32,000 nt of DNA from Edaphobacter aggregans (GCF_003945235.1 NZ_RSDW01000001.1:2880001-2912000); one strand, 5' to 3'. Positions 15,692-25,343 are shown, counted from the first letter of the stretch. Made by a program: numbers and translations. Notes: generated from the letters alone by a model not told the origin.

Positions 15692-16561
15692 ATGGCGGCT
15701 GGCGTGATAGAGCGTGTACTCATTGTCGGAACGGGATTGATCGGAGCTTCGGCCGGTCTGGCTATGCGTGCTGCTGGGTTTACGGGTCGCATTGACGGTT
15801 GGGATACGAGTTTTCTGGAGAGAGCGGCGGCGTTGCAGATGGGTGCCGTCGATGGCGTGGCTGCGGATCGCGAGGCTGCGCTTGAGCTGGCACGTGCGGC
15901 GAATGCGATTGTGCTCGCCGTGCCGGTGCTCGCTATCAAGGACTGGATGCGGCTGCTTGCGCCGGTTCTGCAGGCGGGGCAGCTTGTCACCGATGTAGGA
16001 AGCACGAAGCTCGAGATCGTCGAGCTGGGAGCGCAGCTCTTTGGCGGAGACGATAAGGCGGTGTTTCTGGCGGGCCATCCGATGGCGGGTAAGGAGTCCG
16101 GCGGTGCGCTGTTGGGTGAGGCTGGACTGTTCAACGGTGCTATGTGGCTGTTTACCCCAACGACGACAGAGCCGACCTCGATTGAGAAGGAATGGCGTAA
16201 GTGGGTGGGATTCTTCGGCGCGCGGACGTTGGATATGGACGCGGCGCGACATGATGAGTTGTGTGCGTGGGTGAGCCATCTGCCGCAGATGTTGTCGACG
16301 GCGCTGGCGGCGCTGTTAGAGGACAGGTTTGGAGATGCGCCGGAGATTGCAGCTATCGGTGGTAGGGCGCTGCGCGAGACGACGCGGCTAGGAGCTAGTC
16401 CCTACAGCATGTGGCGCGATGTTGCGATGACGAATACGGAGCCGATCGCCGACACGTTGCTGGCATTAGAGCAGCGGTTGACGCATGTGCGAGAGAATCT
16501 GCGGACGCCGGGACTGAGGGAAGAGTTTGAGCTCGCGAATCAGTTTCGCAAGCGGCATTAG
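15692..16561 (+). CDS. tyrA: Prephenate (or arogenate) dehydrogenase
   Basis: Rossmann motif VLIVGTGLIGAS, with GSTK, GHPMAG and SHLPQ motifs typical of TyrA. The ATG lies 1 nt after the DAHPS stop. Confidence 0.9.
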   Translation: MAAGVIERVLIVGTGLIGASAGLAMRAAGFTGRIDGWDTSFLERAAALQMGAVDGVAADREAALELARAANAIVLAVPVLAIKDWMRLLAPVLQAGQLVTDVGSTKLEIVELGAQLFGGDDKAVFLAGHPMAGKESGGALLGEAGLFNGAMWLFTPTTTEPTSIEKEWRKWVGFFGARTLDMDAARHDELCAWVSHLPQMLSTALAALLEDRFGDAPEIAAIGGRALRETTRLGASPYSMWRDVAMTNTEPIADTLLALEQRLTHVRENLRTPGLREEFELANQFRKRH

Positions 16562-16615
16562 TTTAGATTTCACTCAATTGAAAAGAGTTACGGTTCGATT
16601 AGGATCAACTGACCT

Positions 16616-17848
16616 GTGAGCGATTCAACAAATAGTCTGAACATCAGCCTTGCGGACGTAATCGCTGCACGGGAGCGGCTTCGTAGCGCTATCTACTACT
16701 CGCCTTGTCCGCACTCGCAGATGTTGTCTGCGCTGACGGGGCAACAGGTTTATCTGAAGCTTGAGAACCTGCAGATGACGGGCTCGTTCAAGGAGCGTGG
16801 TGCGCTAAACCGCATCGCGATGCTGACCCCTGAGCAGGCTGGGCGCGGCGTTGTGGCTGCGAGTGCGGGAAATCATGCGCAGGGGGTGGCGTACCATGCT
16901 ACGGCGCGGGGGATTCGGGCGCTGGTCGTGATGCCGCTGGCTACTCCGCTGGTGAAGGTGACCGCTACGCGTGGGTTTGGCGCGGAGGTGGTGCTTCATG
17001 GGGCCAACTACGATGAGGCTTGCGAAGAAGCTACACGGCTGTGTCAGGCGCAGGGGATGACGTTTATCCATCCGTTCGACGACCCTACGGTGATGGCGGG
17101 CCAAGGGACGATTGGCTTGGAGTTGCTGGAGCAAGTGCCACAGCTCGGGGCGGTGATCGTGCCGATTGGCGGTGGTGGACTGATTGGTGGCATTGCTTGT
17201 GCCATCAAGGAGTCTCGGCCGGATATTCGAGTGGTGGGGGTGCAGACTTCACGGTTGCCTTCGATGGCGATGGCGGTTGAGCAACGTCATCCGGTGACGC
17301 TGCAGCCAGCGACTACGATTGCCGATGGTATCGCTGTGCGGCGAGCGGGCGATGTTACGTTTCCTGTTGTCGACAAGTATGTCGATGAGATTGTGACCGT
17401 CGACGAGGATGAGATTGCGTCTGCGATTCTGGTGCTGCTGGAGCGCGAGAAGACGCTGGCTGAGGGTGCGGGCGCCACGGCGCTTGCGGCTTTGTTGCAG
17501 AAGAAGACTTCGCTCAACGGTGCGCATACTGCGGTGCTGGTGGGCGGCGGCAACATCGATGTGACTCTGCTGTCGCGGATCATCGAGCGTGGTCTGGTTC
17601 AGGATGGGCGCATGATCCGGCTGCGGATTCATCTGTTGGATAAGCCGGGGGCTCTGGCAGAGTTGACGAAGCTGATTGCTCATCACCGCGTCAACATTGT
17701 CGATACGCTTTACAACCGTGCTTATTATGGCGTGAATCTTGGCGACACCACGATCGATATCACGCTTGAGACGCGTGGACGCGAGCAGGTTCAGGAACTA
17801 CTTGCGGCTTTAGATAATGGCGGTTATGTGTACAGCCGGGTGATCTAG
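16616..17848 (+). CDS. ilvA: Threonine ammonia-lyase (threonine dehydratase), short form with a single C-terminal ACT-like domain
   Basis: PLP-lysine motif TGSFKERGA, then ASAGNHAQGVA, a GGGGLIGG loop, and a C-terminal regulatory domain (RLRIHLLDKPGALAELT). Confidence 0.9.
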   Translation: MSDSTNSLNISLADVIAARERLRSAIYYSPCPHSQMLSALTGQQVYLKLENLQMTGSFKERGALNRIAMLTPEQAGRGVVAASAGNHAQGVAYHATARGIRALVVMPLATPLVKVTATRGFGAEVVLHGANYDEACEEATRLCQAQGMTFIHPFDDPTVMAGQGTIGLELLEQVPQLGAVIVPIGGGGLIGGIACAIKESRPDIRVVGVQTSRLPSMAMAVEQRHPVTLQPATTIADGIAVRRAGDVTFPVVDKYVDEIVTVDEDEIASAILVLLEREKTLAEGAGATALAALLQKKTSLNGAHTAVLVGGGNIDVTLLSRIIERGLVQDGRMIRLRIHLLDKPGALAELTKLIAHHRVNIVDTLYNRAYYGVNLGDTTIDITLETRGREQVQELLAALDNGGYVYSRVI

Positions 17849-17855
17849 CTTGTCG

Positions 17856-19055
17856 TCACTGACGAGTGAACGATGTTTGCTGTTTTTCGCGGTGGCGTTC
17901 GATGGCCAGAGTGATGAGGCGGTCGATGAGTTGTTTGTAGGGTAGGCCGGTGGCTCCCCAGAGCTTGGGGTACATGCTGATGCTGGTGAAGCCGGGGAGG
18001 GTGTTGATCTCGTTGAGGTAGATGCGGGATTTTTTGCCCTTGCGTGCGGGTTCCATGAGGAAGTCGACGCGGGCGAGGCCGGAGCAGTCGCAAGCGCGGA
18101 AGGCTTCGATGGCCATCTTGCGGATCTGTTTGGATTCAGCGGCGGTGAGTTTGGCCGGGATGATGGGGACGCTCGCGTCGCTTAGGTATTTGGCTTCGTA
18201 GTCGTAGAACTCGGCGCCGGGGACTATCTCGCCTACGACGGAGGCTTCAGGGGTGTCGTTGCCGAGGACGGCGACTTCGAGTTCGCGGGGTTTGGCTCCC
18301 GGGCCGCCTACGCCCTGCTCGATGACGAGCTTGCGGTCGAAGCTGGCGGCGAGGTCCATGGCGGCGGCTAGTTCGCTGCGATCGTGGACTTTGCTGATGC
18401 CGACCGAGGAGCCGAGGTTCGCGGGCTTTACGAAGATGGGGTAGTTGAGGGTTTTTTCGATGAGGCGGGTGGCTTTGCGTGGATCGTTGCGCCACTCGCT
18501 GCGGAGGAGGGCCAGGTAGGGGGTTTGCGGGAGACCGGCAGCGGAGAAGAGCTTCTTCATCGCGTCCTTATCCATGCCGGCGGCGGAGCCGAGGACGCCT
18601 GAGCCTACGTAGGCTATGTCGGCGAGTTCGAAGAGGCCCTGGATGGTGCCGTCTTCGCCAAAGGTTCCGTGGAGGACGGGGAAGATGACGTCGATGTCGA
18701 GGGCGGAGTGAGTGGGGGCAAGGTCGGCGCTCACGTTGAGCTGGAGGGGTTGGAGCGATTCAGCGGGGACGGGGGGGATGATGATGGCTTCGTCACCGCG
18801 TTTGAGGACGGCGGCGGTGGGGGTGGCCTGGGGGTCTCCGGCTAGGCGCGGGTTCTCGGGGGCGGGCTTGCCGGAGAGGAGGGCCTGGGCGTCGTGTGCG
18901 GTGACCCAGCGGCCTTGCTTGGTGATGCCGATGGGGACGACTTCGTACTTCTTCTTGTCGATGGCCTTGAGGATGGAGGCGGCAGAGAGGAGTGAGACTT
19001 CGTGTTCGCCGGAGCGGCCGCCGAAGAGGACACCGATGCGTAGTTTTTTCTTCAT
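17856..19055 (-). CDS. ddl: D-alanine--D-alanine ligase (DdlA-type, long form)
   Basis: [53 protein letters not shown] and [20 protein letters not shown] are all canonical Ddl ATP-grasp motifs. Confidence 0.95.
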   Translation of the reverse strand: MKKKLRIGVLFGGRSGEHEVSLLSAASILKAIDKKKYEVVPIGITKQGRWVTAHDAQALLSGKPAPENPRLAGDPQATPTAAVLKRGDEAIIIPPVPAESLQPLQLNVSADLAPTHSALDIDVIFPVLHGTFGEDGTIQGLFELADIAYVGSGVLGSAAGMDKDAMKKLFSAAGLPQTPYLALLRSEWRNDPRKATRLIEKTLNYPIFVKPANLGSSVGISKVHDRSELAAAMDLAASFDRKLVIEQGVGGPGAKPRELEVAVLGNDTPEASVVGEIVPGAEFYDYEAKYLSDASVPIIPAKLTAAESKQIRKMAIEAFRACDCSGLARVDFLMEPARKGKKSRIYLNEINTLPGFTSISMYPKLWGATGLPYKQLIDRLITLAIERHREKQQTSFTRQ

Positions 19056-19576
19056 TGCTTTGTTGATCGTCCTCTACAAGTTTCTGCCAGATGTTCGGCA
19101 GGATTTCGGCGATGGGTAAGGAATCGGTTGGCGAACCACAGTTGTTACCGTCTGCGGTTGGTAGCTTTGGGACGGGTGCCTCCCGGTACTCGAATTGTCC
19201 AAAAGTCAATAGCTAAAATATTCATTGCGCTTGGCTTACTAATTTTCCTTGTCTGTCTTCTACTTCTATTTTAGTGGGTGAGAGAGGGAAATATGGCACG
19301 TGCTTCCTATTGATAAATAGAGGGATAGGTTTGATCAGGGCTTGACAGCCTTTTTGGCCTGATTTCCTACAGGCCTCAGCTCCCCGGCCTGCAGGAAGAG
19401 TTAACTTGCAAATTCCGGATGGAGGCTTCTAACCTCATCAACCGGGTGCGATTCGGACAACCGGGCTAACCCAAACGAGATGGACTCGGCGTTGCGACCA
19501 CGCAATGTGCCGTGACTGTTGGGGTTTGCCCTGAGCCTTTCATGAAGGAATAACTCGGAGGGGAAGCGATATCACG

Positions 19577-20284
19577 ATGCGACGGCGCGATTTTGTTAAG
19601 GCAATAGTGGCGGCATCTGCAACCGCCAAGACAGTGTTAGGGCAACAGACTGCGACTCCAGTGGCACCATCCGCTCCATCGCCAGCACCAGCAGCACCCG
19701 GTCCCGTGCCGTGGATGCGAGGGCTGATGGAGGTGAAGCCTCTGCCGATGACTGCGATCGTGCCCGATGCCGTGGCGCAGACGAATGCGCATTTTTTCAA
19801 TGTCCAGCAGATGGCAACGCTGCGGAGGCTGAGTGAGATTCTGATGCCGCCGCTCAAAGGCTATCCCGGAGCAACGGACGCCGGTGCGCCTGAGTTCCTC
19901 GATTTTTTGATTAGCGTTTCGCCTGCTGACCGGCAACAGATGTACCAAGCTGGTCTGAATCGGCTTGATGCGGAGGCTAAGAAACATTTTGGTGTGGCGT
20001 TTGCAGCGGTGAACGCGGCGCAGGCGGATCAATTGCTTCGTCCGTGGTTGAAAAGCTGGATGACGGATCATCCTCCGACGGAGCCGTACGCGCATTTCAT
20101 CAATGTTGTGCATAGCGATATCCGCACGGCTACGGTCAACTCGCAAGCATGGAGTGACGCGGCGAGTGCGAAGGGGCGGCAAACGCCGGATGCGGGTTTG
20201 TATTGGTTTCCAGTCGATCCTGATATCCGTCGAGACGCTACTGCGCCCATCTGCCGGGCTAGTCAGAATAAACAACATTCCTAA
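19577..20284 (+). CDS. Gluconate 2-dehydrogenase subunit 3-family protein (Tat-signal small subunit of a flavoprotein dehydrogenase)
   Basis: Twin-arginine signal MRRRDFVKAIVAASATA. Size (235 aa) and position immediately upstream of a signal-less GMC flavoprotein fit the family. GGAGGGG upstream. Confidence 0.7.
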   Translation: MRRRDFVKAIVAASATAKTVLGQQTATPVAPSAPSPAPAAPGPVPWMRGLMEVKPLPMTAIVPDAVAQTNAHFFNVQQMATLRRLSEILMPPLKGYPGATDAGAPEFLDFLISVSPADRQQMYQAGLNRLDAEAKKHFGVAFAAVNAAQADQLLRPWLKSWMTDHPPTEPYAHFINVVHSDIRTATVNSQAWSDAASAKGRQTPDAGLYWFPVDPDIRRDATAPICRASQNKQHS

Positions 20285-20313
20285 TTGCGAGTTAAAGAGA
20301 AAACTGAGGAGCT

Positions 20314-21885
20314 ATGGCCGAAGAGACGGTTGACGTTTTAATTATTGGGTCGGGACACTCGGGTGGGATGGCCGCAAAGGTTCTGACCGAAAAAGGTATT
20401 TCGTGCCTGATGCTGAATGCGGGCCCTGTCGCGGACGTTCACAAGGACACAGAGGTCAAGCCGGCTTATGCTCTGCCCTTCCGTGGATTTAAACAGCCGG
20501 GCGCGTTGCCGCATGTCTTTCAGGCGAACGAGTTCAATGCAAATACGTGGGTCGATGAAAAGGAAGTTCCCTATACTTACGATCCACAAAATCCATATAA
20601 CTGGGTGAGGGTGCGGCTGTTTGGGGGGCGCTCGCTTTTTTGGTCGCGTCAGTCGTTCCGGCTTAGCGACTATGAGTTCAAGGGTAAGTCTCATGACGGC
20701 TATGGGGATGACTGGCCGATTAGTTTGGCGGACGTGGCCCCGTACTACTCGCGGGTGGAGGCGATCTTTCGGGTGCAGGGGCGGGCCGACGGGTTGCCAC
20801 AGTATCCGGATGGCAATTTCGTTGTCGACGATTCGCCGTGGTCGGGATGCATGCAGCGTTTTATCGCGGCAGGAAAACAGAGGGGCGTTCCGGTTTGCAA
20901 ACCGCGCAGTTCTCTGGGAGTTGATGGCCTTGCCAGCTCGGTGAACCTGCTTCTACCGGACGCCTTTGCTACAGGCAAGCTGAGAGCGATTCCGAACGTG
21001 GTCGTGCGCGAACTCCGCGTGGACAAAAATACCGGACGGGTAAACGAAGTTCACTTTGTCGATCGCCTGTCGCGGCGAGAGATGTCGGTGAAGGCGCGCG
21101 TAGTTGTTCTGGCGGCTGGGACTCTTGAGAGCACGCGGTTGTTGCTGAATTCAAAGCTGGCGAATTCCAGTGGTGTGATGGGCCACTACTTGATCGATCA
21201 GGTCTATGGGCCGGGCATCGTCTGTTCTGTGCCCGAGGCTCGCGATGGCAAAGCTACGCCGGAATTGATGGGCGGCGGCGCGCTGATTCCACGCTTCCGC
21301 AACATCGGCACCAAGGAAAAGAACTTTATCCGTGGCTATGCGCTGAATGTGCATAGCAGCATGGGGCCGATGGATCCGCGTAACTTTGCGACATACGGAG
21401 AGGACCTGGAGAAGAAACTCGAAAGCTATAACGGCAGCGGGTTTTCGACCAGCATTATGGCAGAGGTCTTGGCGCGGTACGAGAATCACGTGAGCATCGA
21501 CAAGAATGTCGTTGATGCCTGGGGGATTCCGGTGCTTCGCATCGATACAAAGTACACCGACAATGAGTTCAACATGGCTCGCGATGCGGTCGATACGAGT
21601 ATTGCGCTGGCCGAGGCTGCAGGGTTTGAGGTTCTTTCCAAGAACTACGATCCGAATCCACCTGGCTACAGCATTCATGAGATAGGAACTTGCCGTATGG
21701 GCGACAATCCGAAGACCAGCGTGCTGAATAAATGGAGCCAGAGCCACGACATCAAAAATCTGTTTGTTGTTGATGGAGCCAGCTTCGTGAGTTCCGGATG
21801 GCAGAATCCGACCATGACGATTGTGGCTTTGGCCATGCGAGCTTCGGATTATCTTGCCGAGCAGATGCGTCAAGGGAATGTTTAA
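20314..21885 (+). CDS. GMC-family FAD-dependent oxidoreductase (large subunit, no signal peptide of its own)
   Basis: N-terminal FAD fold [20 protein letters not shown]-terminal GMC motifs ([19 protein letters not shown]). GAGGAG Shine-Dalgarno upstream. Confidence 0.88.
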   Translation: MAEETVDVLIIGSGHSGGMAAKVLTEKGISCLMLNAGPVADVHKDTEVKPAYALPFRGFKQPGALPHVFQANEFNANTWVDEKEVPYTYDPQNPYNWVRVRLFGGRSLFWSRQSFRLSDYEFKGKSHDGYGDDWPISLADVAPYYSRVEAIFRVQGRADGLPQYPDGNFVVDDSPWSGCMQRFIAAGKQRGVPVCKPRSSLGVDGLASSVNLLLPDAFATGKLRAIPNVVVRELRVDKNTGRVNEVHFVDRLSRREMSVKARVVVLAAGTLESTRLLLNSKLANSSGVMGHYLIDQVYGPGIVCSVPEARDGKATPELMGGGALIPRFRNIGTKEKNFIRGYALNVHSSMGPMDPRNFATYGEDLEKKLESYNGSGFSTSIMAEVLARYENHVSIDKNVVDAWGIPVLRIDTKYTDNEFNMARDAVDTSIALAEAAGFEVLSKNYDPNPPGYSIHEIGTCRMGDNPKTSVLNKWSQSHDIKNLFVVDGASFVSSGWQNPTMTIVALAMRASDYLAEQMRQGNV

Positions 21886-21929
21886 CTGAGGCGTTGCCTC
21901 CAAACAGACTGAAACCAGAGGGTCCTATC

Positions 21930-22826
21930 TTGAAGCATTCACGAAGAGATTTTCTCAAAGCCGGATCGGCCTCTATCGCCTGCGCCTCGCTGCTCAGCCC
22001 CCGTAAATTATATGCGCAGAGTCTTAATGTGCCGCTTGCCCTTCAGCTTTATTCGGTGCGAGAGCTATTGCCGACAGATTACGCGGGCACGCTCAAAGAG
22101 ATTGGGGCGCTCGGTTATCGCGAGGTGGAGTCGGCAGGCTATTTCAACCACAGCGCAGCCGAAGTTAAGCAGGCCATGGACAACGCCGGGTTGAAACTGG
22201 TCAGTGCACATTATCCTTCGGAAGAGTTGCACAGGCAGTTCGACCAGATTGTTGCGTTCAATAAAGAGCTGGGTGTCAGTTACATTATTTGTTCTTCTCC
22301 GCGGCTCAAAGATCCGTCACGGCGAGGTAAGCCTGATACGTTCACGCTTGATGATTGGCGTTGGAATGCCGAGGAGTTCAATGCACTGGGAGAAAAAGTA
22401 AACGCAGCGGATATGAAGTTCGGCTATCACAACCACATCAATGAATTTCATAAGACGGATGGCGTGGTGCCTTATGTCGAACTGCTGCGTCTGACCGATC
22501 CTTCCAAGGTTGCGATGGAGTTGGATTGCGGATGGGTCATTGTCGGAGGCGGAAATCCGATCGAGTACCTTCGGAGCTATCCCTCTCGCATCGTCATGCT
22601 GCATGTGAAAGATTTCAAGCGTTCTAACACGCCTGTATCGAATACGAATCGCCCTGCCGTTGCAGAGTTAGGACAGGGCACGATCGACTATGCTCCTATC
22701 CTTCAGGAAGCGGCGAAGGCTGGGAACGTGAAGCACTGCTTTGTGGAACAGGAGGCGTTTAATGTGCCTCCCATGCAATCTTTGAAGATCGATGCGGACT
22801 ATATGCGCAAGTTAGGCGTAGGTTAG
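21930..22826 (+). CDS. Tat-exported sugar phosphate isomerase/epimerase-family (xylose isomerase-like TIM barrel) protein
   Basis: The ORF opens at 21798 inside the GMC gene. TTG 21930, preceded by AGAGGG, yields MKHSRRDFLKAGSASIACASLL, a consensus S-R-R-x-F-L-K Tat signal. The body (LQLYSVRE..., GYHNH, LHVKDF, VEQE) fits the AP_endonuc_2/xylose-isomerase-like barrel. Confidence 0.8.
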   Translation: MKHSRRDFLKAGSASIACASLLSPRKLYAQSLNVPLALQLYSVRELLPTDYAGTLKEIGALGYREVESAGYFNHSAAEVKQAMDNAGLKLVSAHYPSEELHRQFDQIVAFNKELGVSYIICSSPRLKDPSRRGKPDTFTLDDWRWNAEEFNALGEKVNAADMKFGYHNHINEFHKTDGVVPYVELLRLTDPSKVAMELDCGWVIVGGGNPIEYLRSYPSRIVMLHVKDFKRSNTPVSNTNRPAVAELGQGTIDYAPILQEAAKAGNVKHCFVEQEAFNVPPMQSLKIDADYMRKLGVG

Positions 22827-22838
22827 TCCGCGCTGCAA

Positions 22839-23765
22839 TCAGATGTTCGCGATGGTAATGTGAGCCTGCATGGTGTGGGTGGAGTTGGGGGCCAGCGTGA
22901 TGGCATTGGCGGCAGCGTTGACGGTTTCGACGCATAGCATCTCGTGCCACTCGTCGGGGGCCATGTCGGGCAGCTCTTTCCAGGGGTTGAAGACTACGGT
23001 GGTGTTGGAGTTGGTCTTGGCGATGGTGGTGTTTCGCTTGGCCAAGGGGTCGTGGATGATGCAGGTGGCCGCGGTGTTTTCGTAGACGCGATCGGTGGGG
23101 CCGGTGAAGGTGAGCAGAGCGTTGGCGGCGGGCGTCTCGCGCATGTTGTCGGTCTTATCGATGAAAGATGTAGGCTCGAGGCCGGTGACGCTGACCTCGT
23201 GGACGTCGATGACGTGGTAGTAGGTGTGGAGCGCCTCTTCGAAGACGAGCGGGGTGGTCGCGTTGTTGGCCACGGTGAGTCGCATGGTAAGGCTGCGGCC
23301 GATAGTGAGCTGATAGGCGAGGGCGAAGTTGTCGAAGCCGAGATCGCGACTCATCTGCGAGGGGCCGAGGGTGAATGTGAGGTGAAGGTCGTCGCCGGAG
23401 AGCGCGACGAAGGCCAGGGTCCAGTCCTGGATGCGGGCGAAGCCGTGCGAGGGACCGGGCTTGCCCTGGAAGCGGGTGAGGTTTTTGTCTGCGGCGAACC
23501 ACGGGAAAGCAATGGGGACTCCGCCGCGGATGGGCTTGCCGGGAAGGAGGTCTGTTTTCCGGCTGAGGAAGAGGATCGGTCGTTGGCCAGCGGGCTGCCA
23601 ATCAGTGATATGCGCGCCCTGCAGGTAAACGGTGGCCTTCGCCTGAGGAGTAGTGACGTCGGCGTAGATGAGGCCGGTGGGCGTCTGGTGGAAGGCGAGG
23701 ATGCCGGGGAGGGCAAAGTGTTCGTTGAGCTGGGTGAGATCCATTGTGAGAGTCAGCTTAGTCAA
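22839..23765 (-). CDS. D-hexose-6-phosphate mutarotase (aldose 1-epimerase family, YeaD-like)
   Basis: VYLQGAHITDWQP, IRGGVPIAFPWF, PSHGFAR, ALHTYY, DRVY and VVFNPW...CVE follow the YeaD/glucose-6-P 1-epimerase pattern. The maximal ORF starts at TTG 23765; ATG 23744 is an equally plausible start. Confidence 0.85.
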   Translation of the reverse strand: MTKLTLTMDLTQLNEHFALPGILAFHQTPTGLIYADVTTPQAKATVYLQGAHITDWQPAGQRPILFLSRKTDLLPGKPIRGGVPIAFPWFAADKNLTRFQGKPGPSHGFARIQDWTLAFVALSGDDLHLTFTLGPSQMSRDLGFDNFALAYQLTIGRSLTMRLTVANNATTPLVFEEALHTYYHVIDVHEVSVTGLEPTSFIDKTDNMRETPAANALLTFTGPTDRVYENTAATCIIHDPLAKRNTTIAKTNSNTTVVFNPWKELPDMAPDEWHEMLCVETVNAAANAITLAPNSTHTMQAHITIANI

Positions 23766-24075
23766 AGGGGTGATGGGTTGGTTGGAGCGCCGACCACGGA
23801 TTCGGCACCGATAAAGTACGGATAAAAGACTAGAACGAAGATACCTGCTTTTTGTGAAGAAGACCTACCTGCAGCTTAATCCGCGCTGATCTTTGTTATC
23901 TGTGTTGACCCGAAGTCGATTTCCGAGTTCGGGTTGAGACGGAGCTCAATCTTAAGGCCGAAGACAAGGAGATGAGCCAGAAGTAGAGTTGGGACGCACT
24001 TACCAGACATGGTTGCGGGCGTTGTTGCACAGCGACAGATGGTCTTGCGGAATGAAGATTTTGGAGGAGGACAGA

Positions 24076-25131
24076 ATGAGAATTACGACGCGAATAGCTT
24101 GGCTGGTTGCCATTGCGACGACGGTTCTTGTGAGTGGAAGGGCGCTGGCGCAGGGATGCGTTGCGGCGCACTCGAATCAGCGCACGATGGATGAGCTTGT
24201 GAAGGCGTATGACGGGGGCTCTCACGGGCTCTGGTCGATCCACAATCTGACGGTGGATATTGGTTATCGGGTGTTCAACTCGAACAAGTACTTCATCGGC
24301 GATCAGGAGATTGCGCGACCCACGGCAGTCCGGAACCACCAGAACATCTTCGACATTGGAGTCGAGTATCGGTTGAGCCCGCAGTGGAGCTTTATTGCGG
24401 ATGTTCCTGTGTATGACGGCACGCGGAACCAGCTGTATGCTCCGAGCGGAATCTACCAGGTGAGCGGGTTAGGGGATATTTTTCTGGGGGCGCAGCGGTG
24501 GATCTTCCGGGGGCCTACGGAGAGCGGCGGGAATATTGCCGTGAGTGCTTCGTTGAAGATACCGACGGGCATCAACGATGCGACGGGATCGGCGCTGTAC
24601 AAGGGACAGATCATCAAGGCCACGGCTGACCAGTCGATGCAGCCGGGAGACGGCGGCTGGGGGTTCGAGCTCGGGACGCAAGGCTATAAATCACTATGGC
24701 ACCGGGCTGATCTGTATGGGCAAGGGCAATATCTGTTCAATCCGATGAACACGAATGGGGTGCCCACATTCCGGAGTCAGCCGGGGCAGAGCATCATGTC
24801 AGTGACGGACCAGTATCTGTATCGCGTAGGAGTTTCGCAGGGTGTGCCGAAACTGCGCGGACTGGCGTTGAGCCTCGGGGTTCGCGGCGAGGGCGTGCCG
24901 GTGCGCGATCTGCTGGGATCGAGCGATGGCTTCCGCAGGCCGGGGACGATTGTGTCGCTTGATCCGGGGCTGATGTATAACCTGCGACGGACGACGCTGT
25001 CGGTGAATGGGCCTTGGGCGCTGTATCGGAACCGTCCGCCGAGCGTGCCGGAGATACAGAACAATACTCCGAATGGCGATGCGTTCTTTGCCGACTACAC
25101 AGTGATTGTGAGCCTGTCGCATCACTTTTGA
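24076..25131 (+). CDS. Outer-membrane beta-barrel protein (possibly MetA-pathway/phenol-degradation-like transporter family; tentative)
   Basis: ATG 24076 is preceded by GGAGGAGG. Signal peptide MRITTRIAWLVAIATTVLVSGRALAQG. Alternating amphipathic strands, an SGLGDIF motif, and a C-terminal F (VIVSLSHHF). The ORF opens earlier at 23989. Confidence 0.65.
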   Translation: MRITTRIAWLVAIATTVLVSGRALAQGCVAAHSNQRTMDELVKAYDGGSHGLWSIHNLTVDIGYRVFNSNKYFIGDQEIARPTAVRNHQNIFDIGVEYRLSPQWSFIADVPVYDGTRNQLYAPSGIYQVSGLGDIFLGAQRWIFRGPTESGGNIAVSASLKIPTGINDATGSALYKGQIIKATADQSMQPGDGGWGFELGTQGYKSLWHRADLYGQGQYLFNPMNTNGVPTFRSQPGQSIMSVTDQYLYRVGVSQGVPKLRGLALSLGVRGEGVPVRDLLGSSDGFRRPGTIVSLDPGLMYNLRRTTLSVNGPWALYRNRPPSVPEIQNNTPNGDAFFADYTVIVSLSHHF

Positions 25132-25246
25132 GCACGGCGCGGCGTGAGCCTCCATCAAAGGATGGAGATAACTGCCAGACTTTGTGGCCATGACACGGTA
25201 TCTGCGCGGCACCTAATATGAATCTCGAGAACGTATTGCCTTCCAA

Positions 25247-25276
25247 GGGGCGCCAGATTGGCGCCTCTCTTTTTTG
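25247..25276 (+). terminator. Rho-independent terminator after the outer-membrane protein gene
   Basis: GGGGCGCC(25247-25254)-agatt-GGCGCCTC(25260-25267), followed by TCTTTTTTG. A second hairpin, CTCCATC-aaag-GATGGAG, lies at 25150-25167. Confidence 0.75.
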
Positions 25277-25343
25277 CGCTTCGGACAGGGTGGACGGGCG
25301 TAGGCTATAGGACTTGAAGGTTTTTCCGAAAGGATGACTGGCT

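Noticed and set aside
15367-16134. A 255-aa minus-strand ORF spanning the DAHPS/tyrA junction.
   Set aside because: It is antisense to two well-supported genes. The Ser/Ala/Pro-rich product is a shadow frame.
18793-19209. A 138-aa minus-strand ORF starting in the long intergenic region and running into ddl.
   Set aside because: It overlaps the first 263 nt of ddl out of frame, and downstream it becomes Arg/Pro-rich shadow sequence. ddl has a canonical N-terminus at 19055.
21798-21929. Extended N-termini of several maximal ORFs (21798 for the TIM barrel, 26805 for the receptor, 10892 for the hydrolase, 2211 for maf, 23989 for the outer-membrane protein).
   Set aside because: The extensions overlap upstream genes or lack signal-peptide logic. 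The internal starts give canonical Tat, Sec or family N-termini and have Shine-Dalgarno-like sequences, so I preferred the shorter models.
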